From: Oopsacas minuta
Taxonomy: Eukaryota > Animalia > Porifera
Assembly (NCBI GenBank): GCA_024704765.1
Contig: JAKMXF010000298.1
Span: 124,001 to 188,000 of the forward strand
DNA: 64,000 nucleotides
Direction of reading: 5' to 3'
A program made the translations under genes and the position numbers. Of this stretch, positions 54,147-64,000 are shown piece by piece (position 1 is the stretch's first letter; every line of letters starts with the position of its first letter). Below the pieces are notes generated by a model that searched no databases, had not been told where the DNA came from, and saw only the letters and a program-made list of their open reading frames with translations.

Positions 54147-54631
54147 TCTAACTTACCAAATGATAAAATGGAATACTCAAAAAAATGGAAAATATATCTT
54201 TTCACAAAAACTATTCAACTTTATAACCTAACAATTTTCCTTTATTAGAAAAAATTAGTAGATCATATTGGGTAAAAATAAATAAATACGCGGCATTCGA
54301 CAACGTGATGAACTAAAACTGTCAAAAACTTCCTAAAGATCCCATATAAACAATCTGAGAGAAACAAATAGAGAAATGAAAAAATGCACATCTACATACA
54401 ACACACTGATAATTATAATATATTAATGACAGAAGACATTGATAACTTAATTAATGTGTTTATTATCAGTAAATAGGTATCAATATATGAATAATTAGGG
54501 TACTACCTAAAAAGCTTACTTCTATCTGTAAAAAATGCATTTACAATACATAGTCTCTGTTTGTAACCTGAATAAATAAGATTTGGAAAGAGACAGAGTA
54601 TGAACATGTCTTTACACAGTTTCACAGAGTG

Positions 54632-56572
54632 TTATTTAGGTGTTGTAGCATTTGTTTTGTCGATATGTTGAGCAAGAGCATCGCAAACGCTTGAGTCCTG
54701 TGGTAGGACACTTTTTCGTCGCTTTAAATCCGCGAGAAGCTTCTTATCACGAATCTTTGATTGTCCACGTTCGATATCTTTAGGATCAGCTAGCAGCACG
54801 GTATTAGTTTGTTCTTGTTGAAGTTGAACTGATAAGTTTGACAGGATATTGTCAAACTCTTGAGCGTTAGGATGCTTGCGAGCTGCTTGGATAATCTGTT
54901 CCCAACATTTCTGCTTCCGAGCTAATTCATTCTTCTCATTTTCTTTGTTCTGTTTATAAACAGTGTTACACTCGTCAAATAAACTCTGGTTCATATCCAT
55001 GAACAGTTTCATAGCGTTATACACCAGACCAGATATAGTTTTATTCCAATGTGTAGTAGCGCTAACCTGGAGTGCTTCGAACATGATAGGCAAGATAGTA
55101 TCAACATTTTCGTTGATCAGACTCATGATATATTCGTTATTCCAGTAGTAGAGAGCACGTTCACATACCTGGAAATGTGGACTCATAACGCAACGGGCCA
55201 TATGCTTAAAAAGATCCTTTTGAATTTTACTAAACTCAATCGGTTCAATAACGTCAAGAATTTCTTCCATTTCATTCAGATACATAACTTCTTTTGGACT
55301 GTCTGTTTTGGGCCAAAATTTGAGGAGGCCCTTGACAACCGGCTCAGTGAGGGTTGGATCTTTCTCCAGAAACTGTACGATACAATACGCAAGCTGGGGA
55401 TGGTAAACGCTAAGGGAACGTCCTTTATGAAGTGGGATCAGTACGTGTAATAAGAACGTCTTATGTTCTTCTTTCAACGGCAATGCAAACCCGTTTATGA
55501 TAGAACCTAATATCTCAAGAAGTTCAGCTATACCATTGTGTTTCTCACTCTCGTAGATGTAATGATAGAAAATGTTGTTTATTTGTTTACGAATATATGC
55601 ACGTAGTCCTAGAAATTTTCCGTAAATACGATGTAGAATGGTTTTAAGATAATCACGTTCACGCGGATCTTCACTATCAAAAAGGTTCAGGAGCTGGATA
55701 ACGAATTTCTGATCAATGAACTTTTTACAGTTTTGAGGTGAGAAATCAGCTGACTCGAGAAATCGCAAGAAGAACTCATACACAACTTGGAGATGCGGCC
55801 AAGACGCTTCGAGAGTTGGTTCATCTTCCTCGGGATCAAACTCAGCCCCCATGGGATTTGTAGCTGGAGGGAGACTACGAAAAGTGTTGGATGAAAACAT
55901 TTTACAAGCCTCAGGGTATATCGCATCAGTTATAACTCCCTTGTTACTCATTACAAAGTCTGCACATTCATTTAAGGCTGCGCGTTTTATTTCTTTATAG
56001 CGAATATCACTCAATGGATCTGTAAAATCGAATATAACTGAGCATTGAATAAGTTTTTGAATGAAGATAGCTTCTCTTTCATCTATATTAGCATCTTTGA
56101 GTGGAGGCAATTTCTTCAGCTCTCTATTATGTGAGATATTATAACGTGAAGAACTTGTAGCTTTATTCTTTTTCAACATACCAGGGGCAAGCAATTTTTC
56201 ACGAATATGTGATATAGCATTTGGTGGCGTTGTAGGGATATTATCGCGTTGTACACGTTTGATGCCAGATTCATTGGGTGAATTTAGGCCAGGTAATTGT
56301 GCTGGAGGAGGTTCAGCACTTACAGGTGAAGTTGGAGTGGGATCAATATGGGGTGCTACATTTGTAGCTACGTCACTGTTAGTAGTTTTAGTTGGGACAG
56401 GTTTAAGTTCAAAGCCTGCTGACTGCTTCTCCTTTTCTCTCAGTTTTTCTCTCTCCTTCTCGCGTTCCTTCTCTCGCTCTCTTTCCTTTTCCCTCTCTTT
56501 CTCTTCCCTCTTTTCCCTTTCTTTCTCAGCCTTAGATTTTTGAGAATTCTTAGTTTTCACTTTGATCGGCAT
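54632..56572 (-). CDS. PP2A regulatory subunit B56 (PPP2R5 family), intronless, with a charged ER/EK N-terminus
   Basis: [19 protein letters not shown]; [26 protein letters not shown]; [26 protein letters not shown]; [18 protein letters not shown]. Confidence 0.96.
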   Translation of the reverse strand: MPIKVKTKNSQKSKAEKEREKREEKEREKEREREKEREKEREKLREKEKQSAGFELKPVPTKTTNSDVATNVAPHIDPTPTSPVSAEPPPAQLPGLNSPNESGIKRVQRDNIPTTPPNAISHIREKLLAPGMLKKNKATSSSRYNISHNRELKKLPPLKDANIDEREAIFIQKLIQCSVIFDFTDPLSDIRYKEIKRAALNECADFVMSNKGVITDAIYPEACKMFSSNTFRSLPPATNPMGAEFDPEEDEPTLEASWPHLQVVYEFFLRFLESADFSPQNCKKFIDQKFVIQLLNLFDSEDPRERDYLKTILHRIYGKFLGLRAYIRKQINNIFYHYIYESEKHNGIAELLEILGSIINGFALPLKEEHKTFLLHVLIPLHKGRSLSVYHPQLAYCIVQFLEKDPTLTEPVVKGLLKFWPKTDSPKEVMYLNEMEEILDVIEPIEFSKIQKDLFKHMARCVMSPHFQVCERALYYWNNEYIMSLINENVDTILPIMFEALQVSATTHWNKTISGLVYNAMKLFMDMNQSLFDECNTVYKQNKENEKNELARKQKCWEQIIQAARKHPNAQEFDNILSNLSVQLQQEQTNTVLLADPKDIERGQSKIRDKKLLADLKRRKSVLPQDSSVCDALAQHIDKTNATTPK

Positions 56573-57144
56573 GTTCTCTACGAATAATACAATTCCTACG
56601 TAGCCTAATACAGAGTAAATACTTATTCAATCAACTTATTGCCCCTTGCTTTTTGGCGTATATCGATGGCCTATTTATTCAATAGAGAAGACAGCCAAAT
56701 AGAAAAGTAAATCAGATTTTGATATAATTATCCTGCATAAGCTAATTTGATGAACCAAATTTAAAAGCCTATAGATGACTCACAAGTTTTAATACACCAG
56801 AACACAATTAGGTCCTTATGTAAAGGGATTACCATTGTTCTGGGCAAATAGCCAATTTACATAAACAAGATTATTGAAACAATATAAACGAGATTTAGTG
56901 CACATATTATTCTATTGGTAACGATGTATATATGTTCATAAATGTTCGCAAAAATTATAAATTTTGATCAGATATATACTATGGGGAAATATAGTCCAAG
57001 TCATCTTGATTCAAATTAATAATTAATCATGTCTATGCTGACCATTACAGTATTCAAAGGAAGATTTATACGAAATTTGTACATTAATTAACAAGACCAC
57101 TTGTATAATTATATGTAAATTTCGATCTCAGAAATGCAAATATT

Positions 57145-57209
57145 GAGTAAACGGGGAAACGTGGTAGCATTTTCAGCGTCTCTAGCACCCATTCGTGGAG
57201 GTTATACTG
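57145..57209 (-). mobile_element. Degenerate partial copy of MITE family B
   Basis: gagtaaacgggg...attttcagcgtctctagcacccattcgtggaggttatactg aligns to the reverse complement of the left arm of the 40815 element. Confidence 0.55.
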
Positions 57210-57953
57210 AATTAGAATTGTGCAAAACTAATTTGAGATTTATCTAATGAAAATACATAACATTATCACTTTTATATAAGTGTACAGTTTAGGTGAGGAG
57301 TGAGTGTATAACCTGAATAAATTAATACCAAATTTCCAAGAAGAAATATACCCTGATAGCAATCACGAGTAGATATTACAGATAGAAATTTCTAAAAGGA
57401 AGGATAAATTTCAATAGATTGAAGGTCATTTCAAAGGTGCGTAGTTTTGCTAGTCGAGACAAACCCTAAAGGACTTGTTATGAAAGTTTAATAATTATTT
57501 CACCTAAACTCTAAAATAATCCTTGATTTACGTAGACTCGCCCATTACTATTTATATTTTATCTGTAAGAGGTAGATATTGTTGTGCATTGACGATTTAA
57601 TTCCAAGAAAAGTATTTAAACCTCTCAAGAAATTCACCTTTCAATGCTCTGACCAGAATTTAGACTACCCAATGATATACAACATAGCTAATTTCATAAA
57701 TGTATTCTTCTTAGTAATGCAATACACCATGCGACGTGGTATCAAGAGGTTATGATACCGTCAAATTCTAAATTGAATTAATCCATAGCAAGTATCACCA
57801 AAAAAGAAACTCAAGATTCCATCTGCGGTCCAAATTTCGCCTGCCTATTAAGTCAATACATTTCGCTATTATGTACTTGCCAGTAGCTAAATATCAGACC
57901 GTCTATTTAGAATTACATGCGATAGAGCAATTGGGATAGTGGCAAATGATGTA

Positions 57954-58088
57954 CAGTCAATTCCGGTTATATCGAAGTCTGAAAGTGTACAAATATGGTC
58001 ACAAAACGTCAAAAGTAACATAAATTATATCGCTTATGTCGAAATAATTTCGCGGTCCCTTGAGCTTCGATATAACGTAAGTTAACTG
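57954..58088 (+). mobile_element. MITE family A, best-preserved copy (135 bp)
   Basis: TA|cagtcaattccggttatatcgaag ... cttcgatataacgtaagttaactg|TA; imperfect TIRs of about 24 bp with a TA duplication. Confidence 0.88.
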
Positions 58089-58475
58089 TATACAAGTATA
58101 AGTGTTTGGACACTTTCTTAGTTTGTAATCTTTGGTAAAAATATCTCAAATGCAACTTCATCTATACATCCACATTGCTACGTAATTACCATGGTGATAC
58201 CTTCCATATTACCTCTGGCTACATGATAAAACACCTCAATCCCCCCGACTAACGTCAAGTAAATATTATTATATTATTCAAAATAGGAATTTTCCCAAAT
58301 ATCTTCTTAGTATTAAATTGCTATTCTCTCAACCCTTCCAATATCTAAATAAACACACAAATATAAAAGGGATAATTATTTATAAGATAATGACATGTTG
58401 ATTGACAATCAAGCATGTTTGTCTCTGTGAATAATTTCGCTAAAGGACATAGTGAGTGACATAATGCAATCAGTG

Positions 58476-59804
58476 CTAGCGGGAAGCTCGTATTTTCCCT
58501 GTGTTGCAATTGTATCCTGATTTGCAAAAGAACACCAACGAAAGGTCAGTATCTTCTGGTGGGAAGGTGTAGTCCTTAGTCGCGAGCGCTGGCACCACAC
58601 GACGCTGTGTCAAACTTTGGTACGATTCAGAAACTTCTAAATAGAAGCGTTTCAATGCACAGAACCTACAATAGCTATGATAACTCAACACATAAGCACG
58701 ATCAATTATACACGCGACACTATTATCATCGTAATGCCGAGACACGAACACTTCCATATCCGAAGAAGAATAAGTTGTAATTAGCGACTCAACATTTTCA
58801 GGTCTGTAATACCAGTATACAGTCATCATCATTGAACTATCTTTTTGTTGTACGTCATCCAATTCTATCGTATCCGCCCAAAAACTAGCTACCTTCGCTA
58901 CATATGGTCTCTCAATTCCCTCCCTTGGCGGCCGAATCAATATAATATCACGGACATATATTATAGTATTTTTTCGTCGAATTCCAATGTAATATGTGCG
59001 TGTTCGTTTGATGGAATTACTTTTGTATGGTTTAGATTGAATCGGATCACCATGCCATGACCAACCATTTATTTTGCTTTTTTTAATACCAATTTCAGGA
59101 TCAATCTTTGATTTGTAAGTAAGAACATCCTGGAATTTTTTGGGTACATATATTTCTGTTGGCTTTTCTGAATTATGTGATAAAGTTAGATTATGTACTC
59201 TACTTGCTGTCTGTTCCTTTTCAATTTGTTTCCGTAGTATTTTACTTCTCTCCATTGTGTATCTGAAATTCAAACACTTTTCATTGGAAATTTTTACAGG
59301 GTTTATGCTAATGGTCAAATCTTTAGTAGATGCTCTACCAAACTTACCAGAAAATGAATGACATCTTTTGATAGCCGATCTTTCCAAAACTTTCCCATTA
59401 GATTCGCTTTGTGTTTCACCCTTGTTTTCCTTTGAAATATTTGAATTATCAGTTTGACTGTCAAAATTATTGGCTTTCAAAGTTTTACCTTTCGTATGTG
59501 AATATGTATTCGTATCCTCTGTTTCATTGGTATTCAGTGAAGATGCTTTATCCAAGTTTTCTGATGGTAGGGTAGGAAGTTCAAAGAGGGGGTTCCTCTT
59601 AGAAATGAGGTTTGAATCATCTGATTGTGCCGTGGTCGGGTCTACGATGGTATTATGCAAGAATATTTTCTCCACATCAATTGATATCATCGAGTTGAAG
59701 GGATGGGATGGCAAGTAATCTGTAGTGTCAGTTGTCAAAGTTCGCATACGTTTCGGTTTACTACCATCAAATGGGTGTTCACCAATCGAATTATATTCGA
59801 GCAT
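58476..59804 (-). CDS. BAHD1: BAH-domain protein, BAHD1-like; 5' end uncertain
   Basis: VRDIILIR...PYVAKVASFW...MMTVYWYYRPE...EVFVSRHYDDNSVACI...YCRFCA...PEDTD..LVFFC closely follows the C-terminal BAH domain of BAHD1. The N-terminal region is disordered. Confidence 0.75.
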   Translation of the reverse strand: MLEYNSIGEHPFDGSKPKRMRTLTTDTTDYLPSHPFNSMISIDVEKIFLHNTIVDPTTAQSDDSNLISKRNPLFELPTLPSENLDKASSLNTNETEDTNTYSHTKGKTLKANNFDSQTDNSNISKENKGETQSESNGKVLERSAIKRCHSFSGKFGRASTKDLTISINPVKISNEKCLNFRYTMERSKILRKQIEKEQTASRVHNLTLSHNSEKPTEIYVPKKFQDVLTYKSKIDPEIGIKKSKINGWSWHGDPIQSKPYKSNSIKRTRTYYIGIRRKNTIIYVRDIILIRPPREGIERPYVAKVASFWADTIELDDVQQKDSSMMMTVYWYYRPENVESLITTYSSSDMEVFVSRHYDDNSVACIIDRAYVLSYHSYCRFCALKRFYLEVSESYQSLTQRRVVPALATKDYTFPPEDTDLSLVFFCKSGYNCNTGKIRASR

Positions 59805-60573
59805 ACCAACCAAATAAGCAGACCCAGCGAAATGTCTAAACTGATTTGATTGTGAGTGAATCTATTTACGATAGGGCAAAAGAAAACTAAATCGGATTTC
59901 TTGGTGTCAATTACCCACCATTTTACTCGTTTTTCGAGACCCATTATATAATCTCTATGTAGAATCTAAATATTTTGGTGGCTTAGTTAGCTACCAGATT
60001 AAGGATTTTGGTGGCTAACGCCACCAAACCACCTAATTTGTCGAGTACTGACTGTGATACTTCGGTGACTCAAAAACAACTAACGATCTCTTTTTAGAGA
60101 ATAAATTATAGGGTTGTTTGCGCTGACTACCGATCTCGGCTCAATTTTTGAGTTTAGCAGTATCGATAATTATATCTGGGACGTAACCAACTGAACATAA
60201 CGGTTGTTAGTTGATACATTGGTACGGGTATCAAACCAACAACCTCGTGCCTGGTGGCTTACGGCCCTACAGTATCCGTGCTCACCCCATACCAAAACTT
60301 GGTGGAGAAGAGGAACTCGTATTATAGACGGAGATCCGATATATGGGCCATACGTTATGGTAAAATTTGCCCTCATATTTCAACCAATTATGTAATTAAA
60401 ACGCTTAAATATCGAAATAGCCTTATGAATATAAGTCTGCATCAATCTAAAAAATTTACATCGGAAATCACACATTTATATCAAATTTTATACCAGACTA
60501 TGTTCGGAAGGTTATAATTTTGACATTACGTATAAGGAAATTTTCGAGAAATACCTCTCTCTATATTCGATAG

Positions 60574-60616
60574 TAGAGGCGTAGCTGGGCAATCATTTAA
60601 CTCTAGCTACCCCCTG
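60574..60616. mobile_element. 43-bp hAT-like remnant with a perfect 8-bp target-site duplication
   Basis: TTCGATAG|tagaggcgtagctggg...ctctagctaccccctg|TTCGATAG; the ends fit the hAT (C/T)A(A/G)NG terminus. Confidence 0.72.
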
Positions 60617-60746
60617 TTCGATAGTACTCTGTCATACGGACAAGTTTCACTTTTCTCCTACCTATTTTGGAGATTTTACTCACTTTTGCTGAACAAAAAA
60701 TGAACACAATCTAGAGAATATACCTTAAGTATAAAATTAATTATTT

Positions 60747-60947
60747 ACTGGCATACAATTGGCAATGAACAGTTTCAAGCACAAATAATGAGGGTTTCAA
60801 GTCTCGGTCTTAAACACAAATTGAAGAAATAATGGTTATAACGTTGGGTTAGAATTTTGAGCTATTATCCATTCCTGTGTTCAAGACCGAATATCAATAG
60901 TAGATTTATTTTACTTGAAACTGTGCATGGCCAATTTGTATGCCAGT
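60747..60947. mobile_element. About 200-bp foldback element with roughly 33-bp TIRs and nested internal inverted repeats
   Basis: actggcatacaattggcaatgaacagtttcaag pairs with cttgaaactgtgcatggccaatttgtatgccagt; inner pair tcggtcttaaacaca / tgtgttcaagaccga. Confidence 0.7.
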
Positions 60948-61472
60948 TTTGTATTCATTTCTCAAGGACATATTCTTTAATCATCAATTTTTGTTTTAGC
61001 TCAACCTAACGTTATAACCTCACGAAAATACAATCTACGGCATTTGTACTTTGTAGTTAGTACAATTATTTATCGTAGAATTAAATGGTACAAATTTATC
61101 CGAAAAAGTGTCGCTCTTCTACTTTTATAGAGTAATTTCAAATATTTTATATTCACCTAACTATCTGAATTTCAAATTATATACTTGTGGTAGAATAGCA
61201 AATCCCAATGTATATTCATATTTTATTCATTCATTCTTGAAACATATGAACCCCAGTAAAATAACAATTCAGGTTCAAATCTGACAAACTCCACGTAGAC
61301 AAAATACACATAAAATGAAAATAAGAACAAAGGATATGAATATTAGTATCCTAAGAAATGACGAGCCATTGTGTCAGCTTACAATAAACTACTGTGTCCT
61401 ACTTAAAATTAAGAATCTATAGAGTTGCTTGTTATCACTTTTCTAGAAACTAAGCAAAAAGTAAAAATAATA

Positions 61473-63146
61473 ATGGCAGAAGTTAAGAAATGTAATTCTT
61501 ATTATGTAGGGGTTGATGTAGGAACAGGTAGTACACGTTCTATGTTGTTACGAGATGACGGCAAGAGAATTGCTTTATCCACTTTCCCTATAAAAACGTG
61601 GTCAGACACTGGCCATTATGAGCAATCATCTGACGATATTTGGAAAAGTGTATGCAAATGCGTCAATGAAGTTACCAAAAGTTATAGTAAAGATCAGATT
61701 CTAGGACTTGCATTTGACGCAACTTGCAGTCTTGTGGTTTTAGACAAAGATAGTAATCCTATTAGCGTCAGTACAACACAAAATAATTGCCAGAATATTA
61801 TCTTATGGTTGGACCATAGGGCCATAGAGCAAGCCAAATTGATTAATGGTACAGCACATGCTGTATTGAAGTGCGTAGGTGGAAAGGTATCTCCAGAAAT
61901 GGAATTGCCAAAGATTCTTTGGTTAAAACAAAACATGTCGGATCAACAATGGTCAGAAATTGGTCATTTTATGGACCTCGCTGATTTTCTAACTTACAGA
62001 TCCACTGGCTCTCTCACACGCTCTTTATGCTGTTTGGTTTGTAAATGGAATTACGTTGGATTTCAGGCGGATGATTTGCAATTGGGTTGGTCAGATTCAT
62101 TTCTGTCATCAATTGGATTATCTGAGCTAATTGACGGTAATTATTGTAAAATAGGTAACACTGTGTTTCCTCCTGGTAAATGTATTGGTGGTTTGAATGC
62201 TCAGAGTGCCAAAGATCTTGGCTTGAAGCTAGGTACACCAGTAGCTACTTCAATGATTGATGCACATGCTGGTGGGATCGGAATGATAGGCCCTGAGTTA
62301 CCAGTGGAATTTGCTTGTAGTTATAAAAATGATATTTGTAGGAGGATGGCGTTGATTTGTGGCACTTCAACTTGTCATATGACAATATCTCGTCTCCCCG
62401 TATACACTCAAGGAATATGGGGGCCGTATTATTCTGCTATGGTTCCTGGTTTCCATTTGAACGAGGCTGGTCAGAGTGCTGCTGGAAAACTTATTGATTT
62501 TGTTATTGAAACGCATCCGTCTTACAAAGAACTCGCTACACTTGCAGACGATAACAAACACACTGTATATGCTGAACTTGAAAATATACTTGTCAAGTTA
62601 GCAAATAAGTTGAATATTTCGCAAATATCGCTACTCACCAAAAATTTCCATGTTCTACCGGATTTCCACGGCAACAGATCACCGCTCGCAAGACCGGAAA
62701 TGACAGGAATGATATGCGGGCTAACACTCAATAATAACCTGGAAAACTTGGCGATAATATACCTAGCAACTATACAGGGCCTCGCTTACAGTAGCAGGCA
62801 TATTGTAGACAAACTAATTGAGAGTGGATACGAGATAGATTTTGTATTTATGTGTGGTGGCTTAATACATAACAAATTGTACGTACAATCACATGCCGAC
62901 ATTCTAAACAAAATCGTGCTTATCAACAATGAAGAAGAAGCAGTGCTAATGGGGAGTTGCCTATTAGCAACAATAGCAGCTGGGGATACAGAGAATATCG
63001 AGGAAGCTATGCGAAAATTAATATCTGTAAAGACTATAGTGAACCCTGAACCTACAACATTAGGTTACCATAAGCAGAAATATAATGTGTATTTGAGTAT
63101 GAGTCAATCTCAATTGAATTATATTGAGATGATGCAAGATGTTTGA
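61473..63146 (+). CDS. FGGY: FGGY carbohydrate kinase domain protein (D-ribulokinase), intronless
   Basis: YYVGVDVGTGSTR; FDATCSLV; WLDHRA; SPEMELPKILW; IDAHAGG; GTSTCH; PDFHGNRSP. ATG at 61473. Confidence 0.93.
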   Translation: MAEVKKCNSYYVGVDVGTGSTRSMLLRDDGKRIALSTFPIKTWSDTGHYEQSSDDIWKSVCKCVNEVTKSYSKDQILGLAFDATCSLVVLDKDSNPISVSTTQNNCQNIILWLDHRAIEQAKLINGTAHAVLKCVGGKVSPEMELPKILWLKQNMSDQQWSEIGHFMDLADFLTYRSTGSLTRSLCCLVCKWNYVGFQADDLQLGWSDSFLSSIGLSELIDGNYCKIGNTVFPPGKCIGGLNAQSAKDLGLKLGTPVATSMIDAHAGGIGMIGPELPVEFACSYKNDICRRMALICGTSTCHMTISRLPVYTQGIWGPYYSAMVPGFHLNEAGQSAAGKLIDFVIETHPSYKELATLADDNKHTVYAELENILVKLANKLNISQISLLTKNFHVLPDFHGNRSPLARPEMTGMICGLTLNNNLENLAIIYLATIQGLAYSSRHIVDKLIESGYEIDFVFMCGGLIHNKLYVQSHADILNKIVLINNEEEAVLMGSCLLATIAAGDTENIEEAMRKLISVKTIVNPEPTTLGYHKQKYNVYLSMSQSQLNYIEMMQDV

Positions 63147-63446
63147 ATTTTGTTGTTGTTTACTAAAATCCACAATATATTTCCAATTTCTATTAATAAT
63201 ACACCTTGAAAGTATTGAAACCAATAACCACTGAAGGTATTAAAAATGGCAAAGTTCGATTATATTGCTATAATTATAATGTTCAGAGACCTTAGATCAG
63301 TCTCTGCCGAGTAATTTCTCCGAATTTATAATATCTTTCAATTTTTCTGCGAATCATTTTGCTCCCCAGACCTGCTCCGTGTTCATTACTATATAATTGT
63401 AAAGTGAATGTAAATACGATATTACCTTTCTAGTTTGCTATCAATA

Positions 63447-64000
63447 ATGGTTAGTGAAAGGAAAAGATTCAATAGTATCGATCAGTTAGCTTTTTCTAGA
63501 CAACATGTAAAGACATCCAAGAGCGTTGAAGATCTTACAACTATTTCTGGTGAGTGTATATTTGTATAATTATGTGAATTTTTTTCTAATTTATTCCAAA
63601 TAATTTTTGTTCAGACATATCTCCCGTAAATCTTCTTCCACCCAAACCTCCAAAACCTCACAAACCATCTCATCTCTCACAGCCTATTTCTCCAATTTTC
63701 AGAAATACAACTATATCATGTTCAGACTCAACAGGTACATTCATTGACATTCCTTTTGACAGATTTAGTAACCAACGTAAGAGCGAGCCTATTGTTCCAA
63801 CATTAAGCATTATAAATAAAGTAGAACCTGCAAAACCTCCAACGCGGCCTCCTAAGCCTCACAAGCCTGTTTTCATCCCCAGAATATCTGTAATAGACAC
63901 TACAGACTCATCTAAATGCTTGAAGCGAGCAGCTAGCTCTCCTAGTAGAAGAAGAGCTAACTATTCTAACTTTACTCTTGGTGAAGAAGATATAACAGAG
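63447..64000 (+). CDS. 5' part of a proline-rich protein (exons 63447-63549 and 63615 to window end); truncated by the window
   Basis: Phase-1 intron G|GTGAGT...TTCAG|AC; the frame stays open to base 64000 with PPKPPKPHKP and PPTRPPKPHKP motifs. A possible extra 5' exon starts at 63246. Confidence 0.65.

Noticed and set aside
59970-60045. ttttggtggct direct pair with an inverted gccaccaaa
   Set aside because: Too short to define an element; no TSD or second copy in the window.
411-62731. Numerous 60-145 aa ORFs antisense to or overlapping the real genes (e.g. 5988-6425, 25079-25504, 37997-38344, 55049-55450)
   Set aside because: Shadow ORFs opposite well-supported CDSs, with no recognisable motifs.
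1-64000. Prokaryotic, viral or symbiont origin; CRISPR, rRNA or autonomous transposase
   Set aside because: Spliceosomal introns and metazoan gene content throughout; no repeat-spacer array, rRNA-like sequence, or transposase/RT ORF found.

Overview
This is AT-rich, gene-dense, intron-poor animal (metazoan) genomic DNA; it is not prokaryotic. Evidence: GT-AG introns and metazoan-type genes (EGFR/ErbB-like RTK, TRAF-like, GRXCR, BAHD1-like, INTS14). The compactness and long intronless CDSs resemble the glass sponge Oopsacas minuta, but this is inference and was not verified. I can support about 34 protein-coding genes, 27 on the minus strand and 7 on the plus strand. Housekeeping genes include POLR1C, DNAJA3, LDAH, UFC1, CDC26, WDR89, RETSAT, IGHMBP2, PSMA6, CLHC1, NAA60, gamma-tubulin, EEF2, INTS14, NOL9, transgelin/calponin, PP2A-B56 and FGGY. 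The window also carries at least three families of tiny DNA-transposon derivatives. The strongest unexplained signal is that about 21 of 34 start codons lie within 9 nt of a YAG splice acceptor, in co-oriented clusters with spacers as short as 83-161 bp. This is the pattern expected for spliced-leader trans-splicing and possibly operons. Other highlights are a gustatory-receptor-like (7TMIC) candidate, an intronless ErbB-like pseudokinase with a HER3-like Asp-to-Asn change, two adjacent secreted mosaic proteins with unusual architectures, a MATH-less TRAF, a dispanin/IFITM-like protein and a divergent gamma-tubulin. No rRNA, confident tRNA or CRISPR array was seen. All family assignments come from motif recognition by eye; no database search was run.
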